From: an uncultured delta proteobacterium
GTDB lineage: Bacteria > Desulfobacterota > Binatia > UBA9968
Direction of reading: 5' to 3'
Assembly (NCBI GenBank): GCA_963727625.1
Contig: CAVSHR010000004.1
Span: 1,376,001 to 1,440,000, forward strand
Length of the DNA stretch: 64,000 bases
This document shows positions 58,303 through 64,000 of this stretch, in pieces. The number at the start of each line of letters is the position of its first letter. Position 1 is the stretch's first letter. The position numbers and the translations under genes were made by a program. The notes under the pieces were generated by a model, which worked only from the letters and a program-made list of their open reading frames with translations, was not told the DNA's origin and ran no database searches.

Positions 58303-60020
58303 CCGAGCCGCGACAGGTCGGCGCGCACCAGTACCAGCGGCGCGTCGCCTTCCGGGCCCCTGCCCTCGCTGCGCGCCAGAGGCGGCGGCAGATCGCCTGC
58401 CGCTTGCTGAATTTCCTTCCAGTCACGTTCGGTCATGATTAGGTACCCCTCGCCTTTGCCAACCGAGGCGGTTATGGTTGCCACCGGTTGCTCCAGCTTC
58501 GGGATAACCCCGCCGCGATAGAAGATCACCGGGTCGCTGTTGAACCGTCCGTAAAGATAAATCCTGTCGTTCGGTTGGACGCGTTGGTTCACGTCGTTCA
58601 TGAAACCACGGTAGCTCTTGCCCTGGGCAATCACCGGCATGACCACCGAAGAGCTGATCGAACCGTGCAGGACGGCGACCGCGACCAACTGATATGCCAC
58701 CGAAAGCAAGCGGCCCGACCACAGCGATCGCGCCAGCGAAAGCCACAAGAGCGCGGACAGCATCGCCGCCAACGTGAAGCTCCAACCGAAGTTATCGAGC
58801 TGGGTGCGCACCGCGACGAGATTGGCGCGGTCCTTGGCTTTGAGCAGCGCTTCGACGGGCGCAAAGAACCATCCTTGATCGTGGCTCCAAATGGCACCCA
58901 AGGTGATGATCACCAGCAACACGCCGCTGAACGCCGCAAAAATCGCTACGGCACGGTAGATCAGGAGCCGGCCCCTGCCGCATGCGACGGAATCGCGGAA
59001 CCAGCCGGCCAACAACAATGACAGCGCCGGATAGATCGGCAGCAAGTACACGGCGCGCTTGCCCGCGGCGACGGAGAAAAACACGAACATGACCAAGAAC
59101 CAGAGCTTTAGAAACCACCGATCATCGTCGGACCGGATGCCCGTTTTGAAAACATCCCAAAACATTAGCGGCAGAAAAATGCCCCAGGGCAAAGCCTGAG
59201 AAAACAAATATCCGATGTAGTAGTAGAATGGGTGGTTGTGGCCCGAGCCACCGGCGAAGCGGCGCAAATTTTCCTGCAAAATCTGCCGGTCGAAAAAGCC
59301 TTCGCCGCCGCGTGCTACCGCGACCACGTACCAACCCGTCGCCAACACCAGAGTCAAGACTACACCGGGATGAAAGGCAAATTTTTTGATTTTATCCCAG
59401 CGCCGCTCCAAGAGCGCGAAGGAGCCGGCCACCAGTCCCGGCAAGAGCAAACCCAACGGCCCCTTGGCCAGCGTGCCGATGCCGACCAGGACGAAAAACA
59501 GATAGAACCACAAAGCGTTGGTCAAATATTCGCGATAGAGCGCGTAAAACAGCACCAGGCTCAGGGTCACGAAGAAACACAGCGTCATATCCACCCGCGC
59601 GCTCAACGCCTGGTCCTGGTAAACCATCATGGTCGCGAGGATCGCCGCGCCGAGCAGTGCGGTTTTGGCGTTGTAAATCTTGCGGCCGAGCCAATACACC
59701 AACAATACCCCTAGGACAGCGTAGAGCGCCGACGGAAAACGAATGGTCGTTTCATTGAGCGACCCCGTCAGCTTTGTCACCAAAGCGGCGGACCAATGAA
59801 ACAGCGGCGGTTTAGAGGGAATGTCGGTGGCCCGCTTGAGCGGCACCAACCATTCACCGCGCTGGACGATATCCTGCACCGCCAGCGCCTCGCGCGGCTC
59901 GCCCTTGTCGAAAAATGGTGTCGCGTTGAGATAAGGGAAATATAAAATGCTGCATAAAAATAGCAAACAAATTACATGTGCCGGCGTACCGGCGTTGTTG
60001 CCAAGCTTGAAATCAAACAC
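58188..60020 (-). CDS. ArnT/PMT-like (GT83/GT39) lipid-linked glycosyltransferase
   Basis: FDKGEPREA, SKPPLFHW, ARVDM, LAKGP and GKRAVYLLPIYP motifs; GTG start after GGAGG. Confidence 0.88.
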   Translation of the reverse strand: MFDFKLGNNAGTPAHVICLLFLCSILYFPYLNATPFFDKGEPREALAVQDIVQRGEWLVPLKRATDIPSKPPLFHWSAALVTKLTGSLNETTIRFPSALYAVLGVLLVYWLGRKIYNAKTALLGAAILATMMVYQDQALSARVDMTLCFFVTLSLVLFYALYREYLTNALWFYLFFVLVGIGTLAKGPLGLLLPGLVAGSFALLERRWDKIKKFAFHPGVVLTLVLATGWYVVAVARGGEGFFDRQILQENLRRFAGGSGHNHPFYYYIGYLFSQALPWGIFLPLMFWDVFKTGIRSDDDRWFLKLWFLVMFVFFSVAAGKRAVYLLPIYPALSLLLAGWFRDSVACGRGRLLIYRAVAIFAAFSGVLLVIITLGAIWSHDQGWFFAPVEALLKAKDRANLVAVRTQLDNFGWSFTLAAMLSALLWLSLARSLWSGRLLSVAYQLVAVAVLHGSISSSVVMPVIAQGKSYRGFMNDVNQRVQPNDRIYLYGRFNSDPVIFYRGGVIPKLEQPVATITASVGKGEGYLIMTERDWKEIQQAAGDLPPPLARSEGRGPEGDAPLVLVRADLSRLGYLKTRSFSNSLSARMSTKSSNLNVISLASLAISASTV

Positions 60021-60101
60021 TGCTGCCTCCGTCTCTAAACGACGATAAAGCAATCGTCGCGTGTCCGCAAAATCTTATTGCTGTTGCTTTTCAGAAGAAA
60101 T

Positions 60102-63100
60102 TTATCGAGTCACGGCTGCATCTGCTTTGCCGACGCCCAAAAGCACCAACAGCGCCGGCAGAACGATGAGCGCCAGCGGCAGCTGCACGCAGAGCCCCGA
60201 AACAATCGCGATCGCCAGCGGCTGCTGCATCGCCGCTCCCTGACCGATGCCCAATGCCAGCGGCATGAGAGCCAAAATGGCCGCAAACGTGGTCATTGCA
60301 ATAGGACGCATGCGATTGTTGCCTGCCGCAATGAACCGAACGTGCGCATCAGGTTCTTCCGACAGATCCGCGTATTCGGTTAAGTAAAAAATGGCCACCT
60401 CGGTAACGATCCCAACGATCATCGTCATACCCATCATTGAGGAAATATTCATCTCGGTGCCAGTGAGCCAGAGCCCAACGAAGACTCCGGCTAGGGCCAA
60501 CACCGAGGTAGCCACCATGGCAATCGCGACGCGAAAGCTCTCGTACAGAAAAAGCAGGAGCAAGAAAACCAGAGCAACCGCCGCCACGAACACTGCGACC
60601 AGTCCGGCGAACGCAATCTGCTGCTGGGCATAAAGTCCTCCCAGACTATAGTACACACTCCTAGGCAGTAGTCCTTGGCGATCCAGCGCTCGCTTTACCT
60701 CGGGAATCACCGAGCCGATGTCGCGGCCACTGATACGACCGGTTACGGCGACCATCTGTTTGAGGTCATCTCGGGTAATCTCCGCTTGGCCCGTTAGGAC
60801 ACTAACCGCGGCCACCCTTTTGAGCGGGAAGAGATGTCCATCCGGCGCACGCATACGCAACTCTTCAATGTCGCGGCGAGTGGCGCGTTGGTCTTCGGGT
60901 ATCCATGCCCTCACCCCGATGATCTTAGGGCCGCTCTGGACCTGGGTCGTCACGGCGCCGCTCAAGTAGTCGGAGAGCATGCGCGTGACGGCGTCAGGAT
61001 CGACGCCTTCCAGGCTCGCTTTCACGCGATCCACTTGAATGACTAACGCATCGCCTGCCAGTACGATGCCGTCTTTGACATCCACCACCCCGGGAATTTT
61101 TTCGATCGCGCTCGCGACCTTCGGTCCGAGCTTTTGTAGGAGATCGCCGTCATCGGAGTACAATTTGATCTCGATCGGTTGTGGCACGGCCGTTAAGTCG
61201 CCGATTAAATCTTCCATCAACTGTGCCATTTCGATTTCCAATCCGGGCACGGAACGCTCCACACGGGTGCGGACATCGTCGATGACCGATTCAATCGGGC
61301 GGCGCGGCAACGGCTTAAGCCGAACAAAAAAATCCCCGCTGTTTGCCTCGGTCAATCCGCCGCCAAGCTGGAGCCCGGTTCGACGGGAGTAGGTTTGCAC
61401 CTCGGGTGTCGCGCGCAGGACCGCCTCGACTTGCCGCAGGAGACGATCCGTTTCGGTGAGCGAGGTGCCCGCAGCGGCGCGGTAATCGAGAATAAAGCCG
61501 CCTTCGTCAGTGGAAGGCATGAACCCAGAACCGACGTTTCGGTAGCTGGTCCAACCTGCCGCGAGAAATGCAACCGCGATTAACAGCACTAACCACGGCT
61601 GGACCAGAACCTGGCGCATTACCACGCCGTAAATCTGACGACAATTTTCGGTGAAACGGCCGCCTTCCTCTTGGCGAGCGTCCTTTTCAGTCAGCAGATG
61701 ATCCGCGAGCAGAGGTACGGCCAGCCAGGCGACAAAGAACGAGATGAATAGACCGGCAGCCATGGTCAAGGACAATGCTTTAAAAAAGGCGCCGGTGACG
61801 CCGGAGAGAAAGGCCAGAGGAGCGAAGATGATGATGGTCGATGCTGATGAACCGGCCAACGATTTGGTAAATTCCGAGGCAGCCCGCAACACCCGACCAT
61901 GGTGGTCGCCGGCGCCTTCGCGCAGCCGGCGCATGATGTGTTCTACCATGACGATAGCGTCATCGATAATCAGCCCCACCGCCGCCGCCATCCCTCCCAG
62001 GGTCATAATGTTGAAGCTCATGTGGAATACGTAGAGCAGGAGAACGGTGGCGGCCAGCACGGCCGGCACGGTAACGGCAGCGATCAGAGTGATCTTCAGA
62101 TTGCGCAGGAAAAGCAGCAGAATGACCACCGCGAAAACAATGCCGACGAGAATCGAGTCGCGCACGCTCGCGGCTGAAGCCACGATCAGTTCGCTTTGAT
62201 CATACCAGTTGGCGATCTTGATGTCGGGCGGCAACTGCTTGCGAAACTCGGCGAGCTTGGTTTTGATTTCTCCGGCGATCTGTACGGTGTTGCCGCCCGG
62301 TTGCTGATGGATCTGGAAAATCACCGCGTCGTGCCCGTCAGCGGTCACCCGCGTCCATTGCGGAGATGTCCCTTCGCTGATGACGGCGACATCCTCGAGC
62401 CGCACCAACCCGGTGGGCCCCGAGCGTAGGATGGTGTCACGGATCTGTTTGAGATTGAGAAGCCGGGTATCGGACATCACGAGATAGAGCTTATAGTGAT
62501 CCTCCATGCGCCCCACCGCCTGGACCACGTTGGCGGCGGAGAGGGCTTTGGCGACATCGCTCAGCGACAAACCGTAAGAATCCAATCTTGCCGGATTGAC
62601 CGTCACCCGATATTCCCGCTGCGCGCCGCCCAGGATTTCGATCTTGGCCACGCCGGTGATCGTCGACAGCAACGGCCGCAGCTGGTAGAAGGCCAGGTCG
62701 CGCAAGTCAACCAACGAGTGGGTATCCGAGGTCAGGCTGTACGCAAGAACGGGGAACACCGTCGGATCCATCCGGCGGGCGTTGAAAGAGGCGCCCTGGG
62801 GCAGATTGGGCATGATCTGATTGATCGCCGACTCGACCTGCAACATGGCCGCGACCATGTCTTCGCCCCAGTCAAAATTGATCGACAATTCGGCGCTGCC
62901 GCGGCTTGTGGTCGATCGGAGATTTCGTACACCCGGAACCGCCCGCACCGCTTGCTCCACTGGAAAGGTGACCTCGATCATCATGCGTTCTGCCGGGCGA
63001 TCGCCGGCATCCAGGCTGACGACGATCCGCGGGAAGATGACCTGGGGAAAAAGCGCCACAGGGAGGCTTCGGCTGACCGCAGCGCCGCCGACAACCAACA

Positions 63101-63158
63101 CCGCGATGAAGAACAGCAAAGAGCGCCGGTGCAGCTGGATCCACGCCGAGAAATTCAT
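60102..63158 (-). CDS. RND efflux permease (CusA/CzcA/AcrB superfamily)
   Basis: 1018 aa; FNIMTLGGMAAAVGLIIDDAIVMVEHI, RMRPIAMTT and QQPLAIAIVSGL motifs. Confidence 0.93.
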   Translation of the reverse strand: MNFSAWIQLHRRSLLFFIAVLVVGGAAVSRSLPVALFPQVIFPRIVVSLDAGDRPAERMMIEVTFPVEQAVRAVPGVRNLRSTTSRGSAELSINFDWGEDMVAAMLQVESAINQIMPNLPQGASFNARRMDPTVFPVLAYSLTSDTHSLVDLRDLAFYQLRPLLSTITGVAKIEILGGAQREYRVTVNPARLDSYGLSLSDVAKALSAANVVQAVGRMEDHYKLYLVMSDTRLLNLKQIRDTILRSGPTGLVRLEDVAVISEGTSPQWTRVTADGHDAVIFQIHQQPGGNTVQIAGEIKTKLAEFRKQLPPDIKIANWYDQSELIVASAASVRDSILVGIVFAVVILLLFLRNLKITLIAAVTVPAVLAATVLLLYVFHMSFNIMTLGGMAAAVGLIIDDAIVMVEHIMRRLREGAGDHHGRVLRAASEFTKSLAGSSASTIIIFAPLAFLSGVTGAFFKALSLTMAAGLFISFFVAWLAVPLLADHLLTEKDARQEEGGRFTENCRQIYGVVMRQVLVQPWLVLLIAVAFLAAGWTSYRNVGSGFMPSTDEGGFILDYRAAAGTSLTETDRLLRQVEAVLRATPEVQTYSRRTGLQLGGGLTEANSGDFFVRLKPLPRRPIESVIDDVRTRVERSVPGLEIEMAQLMEDLIGDLTAVPQPIEIKLYSDDGDLLQKLGPKVASAIEKIPGVVDVKDGIVLAGDALVIQVDRVKASLEGVDPDAVTRMLSDYLSGAVTTQVQSGPKIIGVRAWIPEDQRATRRDIEELRMRAPDGHLFPLKRVAAVSVLTGQAEITRDDLKQMVAVTGRISGRDIGSVIPEVKRALDRQGLLPRSVYYSLGGLYAQQQIAFAGLVAVFVAAVALVFLLLLFLYESFRVAIAMVATSVLALAGVFVGLWLTGTEMNISSMMGMTMIVGIVTEVAIFYLTEYADLSEEPDAHVRFIAAGNNRMRPIAMTTFAAILALMPLALGIGQGAAMQQPLAIAIVSGLCVQLPLALIVLPALLVLLGVGKADAAVTR

Positions 63159-64000
63159 CGCGCTGGGTCTACCTTGACCGACATGTCGTCCTTTAGCTGC
63201 GTGTTGCCCAAAATCACCACCGGCGCATCGCTAGGGAATTCCGTGGCTGCGATAATTTGGACCTCTGTCTTGTTCTGCAGTCCCAGGCGTACTGTATGTT
63301 CCTTGGCCCGGCCGTTTTCCACGGTAAAAAGAATGTAGTGGTCATCCATGGGAAGAACCGCGGAGCGAGGCACGATCAAACCCTGCGCGGAGGCGATGGC
63401 AATTTTTCCCAAGACATACTCGCCCAGTAAAAACTGCGAGGAAGGAGGCAGATCGGCAAAGACCTGAACCAGACGAGTGGCCGGGTCGGCAGCGCGGGAA
63501 ATTTTTTGAATGCGGCCGATGATCGCTCCGGATTCCGGCACGTTTACCCTTTGCAGCGATACTTTTTGTTCCGGCTTCACCTTGTCGATGTTATCCGGCT
63601 CGACGCCCAAGCGAACCGCCAGCCGGTTTTGCGCCACAACCTCGACCAGGGACGAGCCGGCTGCAACGATGGCGCCCTCCTGAACCGAGATTTTGGAAAT
63701 CAATCCGCTTACCTCGGCGCGAATCGCCCGCGAACTTTCGCTGCCGCGCCGGCGCATGCTTTCAGACTTGGCCTGGGCTTGGTCCAAAGCCTGCCGCGCT
63801 TGGAGCAGCTGATCGTTGGTCGCCAACTTGAGATCGAAGCGTTGCTGCATATATTCGAGCGCTGTCTTTGCCGACTGGTAATCATTGCGGGCCTGCTGCG
63901 CCAGAAGGCTGGTATCCGGGCTCGGCTCGATCTCCAGCAACGGCTCTCCCGGCGCTATCCGCTGGCCCTCGGTGACCGAAATGCGCCGAATTCTGCTTTC
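63155..64000 (-). CDS. RND membrane fusion protein, 5'-truncated by the window edge
   Basis: Lipoyl-like ISVQEGAIVAAG, ADPATR and VPRSAVL motifs; coupled to the permease. Confidence 0.88.
   Translation of the reverse strand, partial: ESRIRRISVTEGQRIAPGEPLLEIEPSPDTSLLAQQARNDYQSAKTALEYMQQRFDLKLATNDQLLQARQALDQAQAKSESMRRRGSESSRAIRAEVSGLISKISVQEGAIVAAGSSLVEVVAQNRLAVRLGVEPDNIDKVKPEQKVSLQRVNVPESGAIIGRIQKISRAADPATRLVQVFADLPPSSQFLLGEYVLGKIAIASAQGLIVPRSAVLPMDDHYILFTVENGRAKEHTVRLGLQNKTEVQIIAATEFPSDAPVVILGNTQLKDDMSVKVDPAR

Noticed and set aside
57903-58442. 179-aa plus-strand ORF as a real gene
   Set aside because: It overlaps the ArnT-like gene antisense and becomes Arg-rich; better explained as a remnant junction.

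Overview
High-GC bacterial chromosomal window. The gene content looks deltaproteobacterial or Binatia-like, which is an inference I did not verify. 1-21.1 kb: a minus-strand Wzx/Wzy-type exopolysaccharide/capsule cluster with wza, wzc, an epimerase, a WecA-like fusion, a nucleotide-sugar dehydrogenase, six GT-B glycosyltransferases, an FkbM methyltransferase, wzx, wzy, an AsnB-like amidotransferase and a truncated beta-helix protein. 21.2-26.7 kb: an island of small stress-type proteins (CsbD, DUF1328, DUF3096, BON, YtxH, lmo0937-like, DUF3185, RlpA) and a 44-aa microprotein with classical C2H2/C2HC zinc-finger spacing. Several promoters here share a UAS / IHF-like / sigma54 layout. 26.7-32 kb: a decayed accessory zone. 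It holds a tyrosine-recombinase + IS91-type (Y2 HUH) transposase element whose ends are GTTRRRY/RYYYAAC core sites flanked by attC-like hairpins, plus several pseudogenes. 32-50.8 kb: core genes (dapL-like, folK, mpl/serine hydrolase/ldcA, a DnaA-box cluster, a DUF507 pair, groES-groEL, ffh-rpsP-khpA-rimM-trmD-rplS, bactofilin, rarA, ptrB). 51-64 kb: phosphodiesterase, alpha/beta-hydrolase, ACT protein, Tat-signal aldo-keto reductase plus NTT-like transporter, ArnT-like transferase and RND efflux genes. I recognised no rRNA, tRNA or CRISPR array. Best leads: the cassette-like recombinase/IS91 element, the zinc-finger microprotein with the sigma54 regulon linking EPS and stress genes, and the Tat-AKR/nucleotide-transporter pair. 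All calls come from reading motifs by eye; no searches were run.
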